Shown piece by piece: positions 16,403 through 25,489 of a DNA stretch of 29,783 bases; position 1 is the first letter of the stretch; the number at the start of each line of letters is the position of its first letter. The notes under the pieces are model-generated. The model worked only from the letters and a program-made list of their open reading frames with translations. It was not told where the DNA came from and did not search any database. A program made the translations under genes and the position numbers. The stretch is from Candidatus Bipolaricaulia bacterium. GTDB lineage: Bacteria > Bipolaricaulota > Bipolaricaulia > JBHIAT01. The stretch lies in contig JBHIAT010000025.1 in assembly GCA_046758705.1 (NCBI GenBank), positions 1 through 29,783 on the forward strand, given 5' to 3'.

Positions 16403-18049
16403 ATGCTCAAGGAACTGGTCCGAGGCCGGCTGCGAGCTGCACTGACCGACCTGGAGATCGATGGTTCTGATATCGAGATCGAGGTCGTTACCCCGTCTCG
16501 GGAGACATTTGGCGATCTCTCCTCAAACCTCGCGCTTGCCCTCAGCGCCCGGCTCAACTGCTCCCCCCGGGAGATCGGGGACCGGATCCTGAAAGCCATC
16601 AACCCTCAAGAGTTCGAGACGATCCATCTCGATGGTCCGGGGTTCCTCAACTTCACCTTGAAGCGGAAGACGGTGCTCCAGGTTCTGGAGCAGATCGTTC
16701 ACGAACGGGAAGCCTACGGAACCGCCGACCTCGGGGGTGACAGGAAGGTGCAACTGGAGTTCGTGAGCAGCAATCCAACCGGACCGCTCACCGTCGGTCA
16801 CGGACGCCAGGCGGCTCTGGGGGATGTGTTAAGCAATCTGTATGAGAACCTGGGATATCGGGTGACCCGGGAGTACTACTTCAACGACTCGGGCCATCAG
16901 ATCGATCTGCTGGGCCGATCCTTATGGGTCCGATATCAGCAGGCGCTCGGCGAGGCGGCGGAGATCCCCGAAGGCGGCTATTCCGGGGATTATCTCGTCG
17001 AGCTGGCGCGTGGGCTGGTCGCCGAAATCGGTGATCGCTATCGGAATCGCTGGGACGGGACCATTGCCAGCACGTTCAGGGTGCAGGCCGTCTCCGCGAT
17101 GATCGCCCGCATCCGGGACGACCTGAAGCGGTTCGGGGTCGAGTTCGACGTCTGGTTTAAAGAAACACAGCTCCATGAGCCCGGTCCCAGTAAGATCGAC
17201 GACGTGTTGGAGGAACTCCGCGACGCCGGGGCGATCTACGAACAGGATGGAGCGCTGTGGTTAAAGACAACCGCCTACGGCGCCGATCAAGATCGGGTGG
17301 TACGCAAGCGAACCGGCGAATACACCTACCTGATGACCGACATTGCCTACCACGTGGACAAGTGGGAGCGGGGGTTCGATCGGGTGATCGACATCCACGG
17401 GGCCGATCACCATGGTCATATCCCGCCGATGCAGGCAGCGATGCGCGCTCTTGGCTATCCCGACGGTTTTTTGAACTACCTGCTTCACCAATTCGTCTCG
17501 TTGGAGCGGGGTGGACAGACGGTCCGGATGTCGACCCGCCGGGGGGAGTTCGTCGAGCTGCGCGAGTTGATCGAGGAGCTTGGCCGGGACGTGGTGCGCT
17601 ACTTCATGATCATGCGCAAACCCGGCAGCCACCTCACCTTCGACTACGACCTTGCCAAAGAGCAGTCGATGGAGAACCCGGTCTACTACATCCAATACGC
17701 CCACACCCGGATCGCCGGGATCTTCCGCCAGCCGGAGATCGCGGGCTGGAGACTGGGGGAGGGGATCGGCCTGAATCCGCTCGTCGAGGCCGAAGAACTT
17801 GATCTGATCAAGAAACTGGACGAGTTTCCCAAGGTCGTGCTTACAGCGGCCGAGGACTTTGCACCACACCTGCTGGCCGAGTATGCTGGGGAACTCGCCG
17901 CCCGCTTTCACCACTTCTACAACCGTCATCGGGTCATCGGCGACGACGATCGGGTGACGGAGGCGCGGCTCGTCCTGGTCAAGGGAACTCAGATCGTGCT
18001 CCGGCGGGCATTGGAGCTCATGGGTGTCTCCGCGCCGGAGAGGATGTGA
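16403..18049 (+). CDS. argS: Arginine--tRNA ligase
   Basis: FGDLSSN, EFVSSNPTGPLTVGHGR (HIGH equivalent), GADHHG, MSTRRG, YIQYAHTR, C-terminal APERM. Confidence 0.97.
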   Translation: MLKELVRGRLRAALTDLEIDGSDIEIEVVTPSRETFGDLSSNLALALSARLNCSPREIGDRILKAINPQEFETIHLDGPGFLNFTLKRKTVLQVLEQIVHEREAYGTADLGGDRKVQLEFVSSNPTGPLTVGHGRQAALGDVLSNLYENLGYRVTREYYFNDSGHQIDLLGRSLWVRYQQALGEAAEIPEGGYSGDYLVELARGLVAEIGDRYRNRWDGTIASTFRVQAVSAMIARIRDDLKRFGVEFDVWFKETQLHEPGPSKIDDVLEELRDAGAIYEQDGALWLKTTAYGADQDRVVRKRTGEYTYLMTDIAYHVDKWERGFDRVIDIHGADHHGHIPPMQAAMRALGYPDGFLNYLLHQFVSLERGGQTVRMSTRRGEFVELRELIEELGRDVVRYFMIMRKPGSHLTFDYDLAKEQSMENPVYYIQYAHTRIAGIFRQPEIAGWRLGEGIGLNPLVEAEELDLIKKLDEFPKVVLTAAEDFAPHLLAEYAGELAARFHHFYNRHRVIGDDDRVTEARLVLVKGTQIVLRRALELMGVSAPERM

Positions 18050-18055
18050 ACGGAT

Positions 18056-19006
18056 ATGCCTTGGCTCGACCGATTGAGGCAGGGACTGGCAAAGACGCAC
18101 GATCGGCTGGTTGACGGAATCGCAGCAGCGATCGGCAACAAGCGCCGCATCGACGATGTGACCCTGGAGGAACTCGAAGAGATCCTGATCACCGGGGATA
18201 TCGGGGTGATGGCGACCACGGCGATCCTCACAGCGTTACAGGAGCGGGTGCGGGAGGACGGTCTGGAGTCCCGGTCGCCGTCACTGGAGATGGTCCTCGA
18301 CCTGATGAAGGATGAGATCAGGGGGCGGCTCGCCCCCGCCGTGGGTCGGCTGCAGCTTCGCGACCGCGGCGAGCTGACCGTCATCCTGGTGATGGGGGTC
18401 AACGGCTCAGGGAAGACCACCACGATCGCCAAGCTGGCCAACCAGCTTATCCAGGAGGGACGAACCAAGATCACGTTCGCCGCTGCCGATACGTTCCGGG
18501 CGGCGGCGATCGAGCAACTCGGTGTCTGGGCCGATCGGGTGGGGGCGGAGTTGATCAAACATCGCCCCGGTGCCGACCCATCAGCGGTCGCTTATGACGC
18601 GGTGGAACATGCGCTGAAGCGCAAGCGAGATGTGCTGCTCATCGACACCGCTGGCAGGCTTCAGACGAGACATAACCTGATGGAGGAGCTCAAGAAGATC
18701 AATCGAGTGGTCAGCAAGCGGCTGGGACGGGAGATCGATGAACGGTTGTTGGTGATCGACGCGACCAACGGCCAGAACGCGATCTCCCAGGTCCAGAAGT
18801 TCAACGAGGCCGTCCCGCTTACCGGGATCGTGCTCACCAAACTGGATAGCACCGCCAAAGGGGGTGTCATCGTCCCGATCGCCGAATCGCTCGGAATCCC
18901 GGTCAAGCTGATCGGCGTCGGCGAGACGGCGGAGGATCTGCATCAGTTCGACGTCGATGAGTTTGTGGATGCACTGTTTGAAAGGAGTGAAACCAGGCAG
19001 TCATGA
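18056..19006 (+). CDS. ftsY: Signal recognition particle receptor FtsY
   Basis: GVNGSGKTTTIAKLA, DTFRAAA, DTAGR, TKLDSTAKGG. Confidence 0.97.
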   Translation: MPWLDRLRQGLAKTHDRLVDGIAAAIGNKRRIDDVTLEELEEILITGDIGVMATTAILTALQERVREDGLESRSPSLEMVLDLMKDEIRGRLAPAVGRLQLRDRGELTVILVMGVNGSGKTTTIAKLANQLIQEGRTKITFAAADTFRAAAIEQLGVWADRVGAELIKHRPGADPSAVAYDAVEHALKRKRDVLLIDTAGRLQTRHNLMEELKKINRVVSKRLGREIDERLLVIDATNGQNAISQVQKFNEAVPLTGIVLTKLDSTAKGGVIVPIAESLGIPVKLIGVGETAEDLHQFDVDEFVDALFERSETRQS

Positions 19007-21651
19007 CGGAGAAAAAACATGTTTATTTCTTCAGCGAGGGAAACGCAGACGGCAACACGGGAATGAAGGAGATACTCGGCGGCAAGGGTGCCAACCTGGC
19101 CGAGATGGGAAACTTGGGGATTCCGATACCCCCTGGATTCACCATCAGTGCCGAAATTTGCAGGTATTATCATCAACATGATAGCCAATATCCGCCGGGG
19201 CTTCGAGACGAGGTCCAACAGAGCTTAAACAAGCTTGAGGAAGCGACCGGGAAGCGGTTCGGTGATCCCGATAACCCGCTGCTGGTCTCCGTCCGATCTG
19301 GGGCCGCCATCTCAATGCCTGGAATGATGGATACCGTCCTGAACGTCGGCCTGAACGACCGGACGCTGGAGGGGTTGATCGAGAAAACCGACAATCCCAG
19401 GTTCGGCTGGGATGCCTATCGCCGGTTGCTCCAGATGTTCGGGAACGTCGTCAAAGGGATCGAGCATGAGCGGTTCGATGAGGTGATCCTGGAGGCGAAG
19501 CGAGAGCAGGGCGTCCAGCTCGACACCGAACTTGACGCCGACGACCTCAAAGCGATCACCGAGCAGTTCAAGACGATCTATCGTGAGGTGCTCAACGAGG
19601 ATTTTCCGCAGGAGCCGGAGGAGCAACTCTGGCAGGCGATCGACGCCGTCTTCGAATCTTGGAACATCCCCCGGGCCATCAAATACCGGGAGATTCACCA
19701 TATCCCTCACGATGCGATGGGGACCGCCGTCAATGTTCAGACGATGGTCTTCGGCAACGCCGGTGAGAACTCGGCAACCGGGGTCGCGTTCACCCGGAAC
19801 CCGGCCACCGGTGAGCGGCACTACTACGGTGAATACCTGAGGAACGCTCAAGGGGAGGATGTGGTCGCCGGGATCCGTACGCCCCGGAGCATCGTGGAGC
19901 TGGAGACGGAGATGCCTCAGGCATACAAGGAACTCGTGGCGATCTTCGATAAGCTGGAGCAACACTACCAGGACATCCAGGATGTGGAGTTCACCATCGA
20001 GGACAGCAAGCTGTACATGCTCCAGACTCGGATCGGCAAGCGCACCGCCCAGGCGGCGGTCAAGATCGCCGTCGACATGGTGAACGAGGGGCTGATCCCG
20101 ATCGAGGAGGTGCTCAAGCGCATCGAGCCCGAGCAACTCGACCAGCTGCTTCACCCGAGCTTCGATCCGAAGCAGCGGACGGAACCGATTGCTAAGGGGC
20201 TCAACGCCTCGCCTGGCGCGGCGGTCGGTCGGGTGGTGTTCAGTGCCGACGACGCGCAGGAATGGGCGAAGACCGGGGAGGAGGTCATCCTGGTGCGTAA
20301 CTCGACCTCACCGGACGACATCCACGGCCTGGAGGCTGCTGAGGGTGTGCTCACCTCACGCGGCGGTCTCACCAGCCATGCCGCGATCGTGGCGCGGGGT
20401 ATGGGCAAGCCGGGCGTGGTCGGCTCTGAGACGATCAGCATCGACTACCAACGCAAGCAGTTCACCGTCGATGGAACGGTGGTGCGTGAGGGCGATTATC
20501 TGTCGATCGATGGGACGACCGGCGAGGTGATGCTCGGCCAGGTTCCCCTGATCGAGCCTCAGCTGGACGAGAACTTTGAAACGCTGATGAATTGGACAGA
20601 CGGGATCCGAAAGCTTGGCGTGTGGACAAACGCCGACACCCCGAAGGATGCACAGCTCGCCCGCCAACTCGGGGCGGAGGGGATCGGGCTCGCCCGGACC
20701 GAGCACATGTTCTTCGGCGAGGAACGACTGTCCCTGTTCCAGGAGGCGATCATCGCCAGGAGCCGGGAGGAGCGGGAGCGGTCTCTAAAACGGTTGGGTG
20801 AGATCCAGAAGGAAGATTTCAAAGGGTTGCTGAGCGCCATGGAGGGGTTACCGGTCATCATCCGGCTCCTGGATCCGCCACTCCACGAGTTCTTGCCCCA
20901 CGAGGACGGTGAGATCGAGTGGTTGGCGAAATCGATCGGCGTCTCGGCGGACGAGCTGAGCCAGCGAATCCAGGGTCTGGAGGAGTTTAACCCGATGCTC
21001 GGTCATCGCGGCTGCCGACTGGGGATCACCACACCCGAGATCTACGATATGCAGGTCGAGGCGATCATCCGGGCAAGCTGCGAGCTGAAACAGGCGGACG
21101 TCGACGCCCGGTCCCGGATCATGGTCCCGCTCGTCGGTGTCGTTGAGGAGATTCGCATCATCAAAGACCGCATTCAGGAGATCGCCGATCGTGTCATGGA
21201 GGAAGTCGGTGTCCAAGTCGACTACCAGGTCGGGACGATGATCGAGCTGCCGCGGGCGTGTGTCACCGCCGACGAGATCGCCGAGGAGGCCGAGTTCTTC
21301 TCGTTCGGGACGAACGATCTGACTCAGATGACGTACGGCTACAGCCGTGACGATGTAGCCAAGTTCCTGCCGGCCTATGACGAACTGGGGATCCTGAAGG
21401 ATGACCCGTTTGCGACGTTGGATACACCGGGAGTGGGCGAGCTGATGCGCATCGGCGTGGAGCGGGGTCGATCGGTCCAGGAGAATCTGAGTATCGGGAT
21501 CTGCGGCGAGCACGGTGGCGATGAGCGGTCGATTCATTTCTGCCACCAGCTTGGGATCGACTACGTCAGCTGCTCTCCTTACCGGGTCCCGATCGCCAGA
21601 CTGGCCGCTGCCCAGGCGGTGTTGGGACGGTACGAAGCCTATACAGCCTGA
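19003..21651 (+). CDS. ppdK: Pyruvate, phosphate dikinase
   Basis: LGGKGANLAEM, VSVRSGA, GEDVVAGIRTP, GGLTSHAAIVARG, FSFGTNDLTQ, GICGEHGG. Confidence 0.98.
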   Translation: MTEKKHVYFFSEGNADGNTGMKEILGGKGANLAEMGNLGIPIPPGFTISAEICRYYHQHDSQYPPGLRDEVQQSLNKLEEATGKRFGDPDNPLLVSVRSGAAISMPGMMDTVLNVGLNDRTLEGLIEKTDNPRFGWDAYRRLLQMFGNVVKGIEHERFDEVILEAKREQGVQLDTELDADDLKAITEQFKTIYREVLNEDFPQEPEEQLWQAIDAVFESWNIPRAIKYREIHHIPHDAMGTAVNVQTMVFGNAGENSATGVAFTRNPATGERHYYGEYLRNAQGEDVVAGIRTPRSIVELETEMPQAYKELVAIFDKLEQHYQDIQDVEFTIEDSKLYMLQTRIGKRTAQAAVKIAVDMVNEGLIPIEEVLKRIEPEQLDQLLHPSFDPKQRTEPIAKGLNASPGAAVGRVVFSADDAQEWAKTGEEVILVRNSTSPDDIHGLEAAEGVLTSRGGLTSHAAIVARGMGKPGVVGSETISIDYQRKQFTVDGTVVREGDYLSIDGTTGEVMLGQVPLIEPQLDENFETLMNWTDGIRKLGVWTNADTPKDAQLARQLGAEGIGLARTEHMFFGEERLSLFQEAIIARSREERERSLKRLGEIQKEDFKGLLSAMEGLPVIIRLLDPPLHEFLPHEDGEIEWLAKSIGVSADELSQRIQGLEEFNPMLGHRGCRLGITTPEIYDMQVEAIIRASCELKQADVDARSRIMVPLVGVVEEIRIIKDRIQEIADRVMEEVGVQVDYQVGTMIELPRACVTADEIAEEAEFFSFGTNDLTQMTYGYSRDDVAKFLPAYDELGILKDDPFATLDTPGVGELMRIGVERGRSVQENLSIGICGEHGGDERSIHFCHQLGIDYVSCSPYRVPIARLAAAQAVLGRYEAYTA

Positions 21652-21664
21652 GGAGGGAAGTACC

Positions 21665-22435
21665 ATGCATCCGATCTTGGTCGAGTTTGGGTCGTTCACC
21701 ATCCGCTACTATGGCCTGATGTACGTGATCGCGCTCGTTGTCGGGATCTACTTGATCCAAAAAGAGGCGAAGCGCAGGAAGATTGGCCTCGATCTGGACG
21801 GTGTTCTGGATCTGGTGCTGGTGACCTTCCCGGTGGGGCTGATCGGCGCCCGACTCTACTATGTTGCCTTCGAATGGGACTATTACGGGACCCATCTGGG
21901 TGACATCCCCAAGATCTGGCAGGGGGGGTTGGCGATCCACGGCGGGCTCATCGCCGGCGTGATCGCCGGCTACCTCTATGCCCGGTGGAAGGGCATCTCG
22001 TTCTGGAAGCTCGCCGATGCGGTCGCACCGAGCCTGATCCTCGGCCAGGTGCTCGGCCGGTTCGGAAACTTCATGAACGGCGACGCTTATGGAACACCAA
22101 CCGATCTGCCCTGGGGAATGGTTTTTCCGACCGACACACCGGCCGGGACGGAATATCCCGGCGTTCCGCTCCATCCGACGATGCTCTACGAGCTCGCCCT
22201 CAACCTGATTATCTTCGCGATCCTGTGGTGGTGGGTGCGAAACCGAGTGCACCGGGCCGGCTTCGTCTTCTCTCTATACCTGATCCTGTACTCGGTCGCC
22301 CGATTCTTCGTCAGCTTCGTGCGCGGGGACAGTCTGTACCTGGGGGAGCTGCGTGTCGCCCAACTGATCAGCATCGTGCTGATCCTGGTCTTCGGGACGT
22401 TCATCCTGCAAAAACGGCTGTGGCAGCCTAGTTGA
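21665..22435 (+). CDS. lgt: Prolipoprotein diacylglyceryl transferase
   Basis: ATG 21665 follows GAGGAGG; IRYYGLMY, IGARLYYV, GGLAIHGGL, GRFGNFMNGDAYG, HPTMLYE. Confidence 0.96.
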   Translation: MHPILVEFGSFTIRYYGLMYVIALVVGIYLIQKEAKRRKIGLDLDGVLDLVLVTFPVGLIGARLYYVAFEWDYYGTHLGDIPKIWQGGLAIHGGLIAGVIAGYLYARWKGISFWKLADAVAPSLILGQVLGRFGNFMNGDAYGTPTDLPWGMVFPTDTPAGTEYPGVPLHPTMLYELALNLIIFAILWWWVRNRVHRAGFVFSLYLILYSVARFFVSFVRGDSLYLGELRVAQLISIVLILVFGTFILQKRLWQPS

Positions 22436-22473
22436 CGTATCACGCTAGCGAGGCCTATCGAACGATCCCTTGG

Positions 22474-24428
22474 TTACCCTTTTGGTACCAATCCCTCACT
22501 GCACACGATCTTCGGAATCGGACGCTCTTCAAGCTGCAGGTTTCGACGATCGAGCCATTCCCGCATGTTGTGTTGGTGGTAGAGGTGAATGAGAGTTGGC
22601 AATAGTTCCTTGCCGGTCACACCGTTACGACGCAGGCGGTTCAACTCTCGGTTGACGGCCGAGGTAACCGGCCCGCGAAACGCTTGGTCCAAGATGTTGA
22701 TTTGAGCCTTTGACCCTGTGTCAGGGAGAGCGTGTGTTCTCGTTCAGCTTGGTGGTGCTGGACCTCCTCCGTAAAGAGTCGCTTTATGCGCATAACCGTG
22801 GTGTTATAACCTTCCGGTAACGGCACGCCTTTGAGGTCCGGCCCGCACTTGATCGTGTTCAACACGCGCGGTATATCACGCGAGACAATCTCACCGCGCT
22901 CGTCTACCAGGAATAGTTGCTGGTAGCGCCCTGCCTGGCAGAACACATACAGTCCCTTTTGGTTGGAAGGCCTTGCCGTGCGAATACCATCCCGCAAGTT
23001 GGTGATTCGTTCGTACTCATCAGGATCGTCCTTCCGCATCTGGCGCAGGATCGCCTCGGCCTCATTGAGGTTCACGAACTCCTCTTCTTCGTTCTCAAAC
23101 AGACTCAGCTTTTCAGCTTGCTTCTCGTAGATAGCGTACATTGCCTCTTCGTTGAGTCGCTCGGTACGATCCAGGATGACCGAGTCTTCACCAATAGTGT
23201 CATGAATCTCCTGGATGCGGTTTTGGAGCTTCCGCTTTAGATCCAGGTCACAGTCCTGGAGATTTAGACCCTCCGCTAGCACATCGGTCGCTATCAGGGT
23301 GGATAACTCCGCTTCTCCCTCGCGGAGTCGGTATTCGGGATTTGCTTCTGGTGCAAATCTGCCCACCACACGAGCCTTGCTCTTGTCTCCGCTGTAGATT
23401 ACCTCGATATCATCCTCAGCAATCGAATGTCGTGCTCGATGTGTTCCTTTAATCGCTCAACATCGAAATCCTTCGCATTGTATCGCTCCGACACCTTCCG
23501 CAGAGCATCCATCAGATCCTGCTCTTCCGCCTGATTTGGCTCGTAGAGAATGTCTTGCGCGTCATCTCCAGCCGGTACGATCCCTTCCAATAGGGCATCT
23601 CGGAATCGCTCGTGTACCGTCAGTAGCTTACGTACCGTCTTCGTGAAGGCGTAGACGCTCGGCGAACTCATCGATGCCCCAAGGGATGTCGTACGGGCGT
23701 ACCAAGATCTCCTGTCCCTCGCGTTCACCTACCACGCCGACCGCCCAGGAGCGTTTCAGCTCATGCATCAAGGCCACATCGAACTCTTGGGACTCTTCCC
23801 AGAGCTCCTCAAACCAGTGGGTTAGCACTTCATGATTGGCGTTGCCCTGGACGAGCACGTTGAGTTCGGTGTTATGGGTTAAGCCCGATAGCGTCAGGTT
23901 TGAAGAGCCGACGATGGCAATGCCCTGTTCCTCACGAGGTAGAGGACGACCTTGACGATCATAGGTTGTGCCGTAGTCGAAGATATAGGCCTTGGCATGT
24001 AGACGGCCCTTGGTGTAGACCCGCACTTTCAATCTTCTCTCCTGGATCAATTGGAGCACTGTGCGGACAGTTGCTTCATCCTCATCGGTCTGCTCCATCA
24101 GGGCAAGGGCCTCGCGAACGTTTTCGGTTGTCTCCTCGGCCGCCTGCCGTTGACGTGCTCGTTGGCGGAATCGCCAGTCCTCTAAAGCATCACGAGCAGT
24201 TTCTATATGGCGATAACCTTCAACTAATGTCTCCAAGGTCTCGCGATCGGTGGTGTTGCCGATGAGCAGATAAATCTCCTCCAACCGCTCCAGGTGCTCA
24301 CGCAGAGGCTTGAGCCCGGAGAGGAACAGGTAGCCTACGGCAAACTTGGCCCGCTCCGTGGAGGGAAGGATGCGCAGGACATGCTCAAGCATCTTCTCAT
24401 CGCGGTTGTCGATGATGTCATGAGGCAT
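22474..24428 (-). pseudogene. PLD-nuclease/SNF2-type helicase fusion, fragmented by internal deletions and frameshifts
   Basis: The N-terminal PLD domain is intact (AVGYLFLSG, LHAKAYIFD HKD motif, VGSSNLT, NTELN; 23628-24428). Downstream fragments in other frames carry SVYAF, a helicase motif V (IATDVLAEGLNLQ) and a C-terminus (IVCSEGL). No Walker A, DExH or motif VI is visible. Confidence 0.82.
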
Positions 24429-24442
24429 TATGAGACCTCCTT

Positions 24443-24520
24443 CTATGAATCATCTCCTTTATGATCCGTTTCCGATGAGGGTGATTCATAGGATTTTGAG
24501 AGTGATTCATAGACTTTTGA
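24443..24520. repeat. Three copies of TGATTCATAG (two direct at 21-bp period, one inverted)
   Basis: GTGATTCATAGgaTTTTGA at 24481, GTGATTCATAGacTTTTGA at 24502, and inverted CTATGAATCA at 24443-24452 next to the RBS of the PLD gene. Confidence 0.7.
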
Positions 24521-24681
24521 TCTCACATAGTATCGGGTCCAGCGTCTTTGCCCTTCCTTTCTCAACAGGCCTTGGAGAACCTACTCATTAAGTAAGTTGG
24601 GGAATCTGCTGCAGGGGACACCCTGATACCTCTCCAATCCCAGGATCATCACAACCCTCTTAAGTTTGCTGCCTGTCCCTA

Positions 24682-24710
24682 TTGACATTCTTATGACATG
24701 ATGTTATACT
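24682..24710 (+). promoter_or_regulatory. Near-consensus sigma-70 promoter with extended -10, driving a non-coding transcript
   Basis: TTGACA(24682-24687)-N17-TATACT(24705-24710), with TG at 24702-24703. No credible + strand ORF follows. Confidence 0.8.
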
Positions 24711-24716
24711 AGTTTT

Positions 24717-24767
24717 GCAGGACCGAGCCCGTCCTTGGTGGCGGAGGTAGGCCCTGCTTCTCCTTTA
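24717..24767 (+). ncRNA. Putative DUF3800-associated small structured RNA
   Basis: Begins 7 nt after the -10 box. GCAGG/CCTGC closing stem, CC/GG, inner CCGTC/GGCGG stem, then a pyrimidine tail TTCTCCTTTA ending at the DUF3800 stop codon. Confidence 0.65.
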
Positions 24768-25487
24768 TTATGGACGAATTATGCCTTCCGGATCTTGACT
24801 GCTTGCCTCCAACACTAAAATCGGTTCTAGAAATTGAAATGCTTGATCCAGCCCGTACCTTGTTTTAGATGGAATAGGACGTTCTCGTCGCAGCAGAGCA
24901 TAAGCGCAAAAATCAGTCAACTGGATGAAGTAAGATTGTTCGGACTTTTTAAAGAACGGATCTTCAAGGATACGGTCAATAGGAATGTTCTTCATCTCCG
25001 TGCCCGTGTCCTTCCAGGCACCATATTTGCTGGGAATCGGGTTATAGACGTGCATCTTACGCGCTAACCGTGTATATCTTGATTCTTTTCCTTCGTCGCA
25101 AATCAGGATCGCATGGCTACCCCAGGTGACCATCGTCCGATTAATGCGATTGAGCAGCCTCTCAAACGCACGTTCGTCCTGCTTGGCAGAGAAAACCGCG
25201 TTGAAGAGACGAGTCCCTGGAAGGTCAGCCACCCTCTGCAAAGCCTCCTTGAAAATCTGACACCGTCGCCCTTTGGTGACAGTCCGATCTGCAATCTGTC
25301 CACGCCCTGAGACGAATTTCCAGGCATGAAGTTCCTTATAAACGTAAATGCCGTCGCTTTCCCTGAGATCATGTCGAAATTGTCGCACCTGGCGGAAGGC
25401 ATCGAGCCACTGGTCAGCAGCGATCGCTAGAGCGGAGAAAACGCAGAGCTGCTCATCGCGCGAGTCATCAATGTAAATCAAGTGCAT
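24768..25487 (-). CDS. DUF3800 domain protein (RNase H-like fold predicted)
   Basis: N-terminal IYIDDS, internal ICDEG and C-terminal FIQLTDFCAY (QxxD). The start lies 2 nt after the methyltransferase stop. Confidence 0.85.
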   Translation of the reverse strand: MHLIYIDDSRDEQLCVFSALAIAADQWLDAFRQVRQFRHDLRESDGIYVYKELHAWKFVSGRGQIADRTVTKGRRCQIFKEALQRVADLPGTRLFNAVFSAKQDERAFERLLNRINRTMVTWGSHAILICDEGKESRYTRLARKMHVYNPIPSKYGAWKDTGTEMKNIPIDRILEDPFFKKSEQSYFIQLTDFCAYALLRRERPIPSKTRYGLDQAFQFLEPILVLEASSQDPEGIIRP

Positions 25488-25489
25488 TC

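Noticed and set aside
17257-22252. Long alternative-frame and antisense ORFs over argS, ftsY, ppdK and lgt
   Set aside because: Typical high-GC shadow ORFs with no recognisable motifs.
22465-23687. Inverted 9-mer ATCCCTTGG at the island end (22465-22473) and at the first deletion junction (23679-23687)
   Set aside because: Too short to distinguish from chance, and the enclosed fragments keep the same orientation as the PLD part, so there is no inversion.
23399-23728. Programmed frameshifting to rebuild the helicase
   Set aside because: No slippery sites at the junctions, and essential motifs are missing in all frames.
24443-24520. Repeats as a mini CRISPR array
   Set aside because: Units are 10-19 bp with a 21-bp period, there are no spacers of suitable length and no cas genes.
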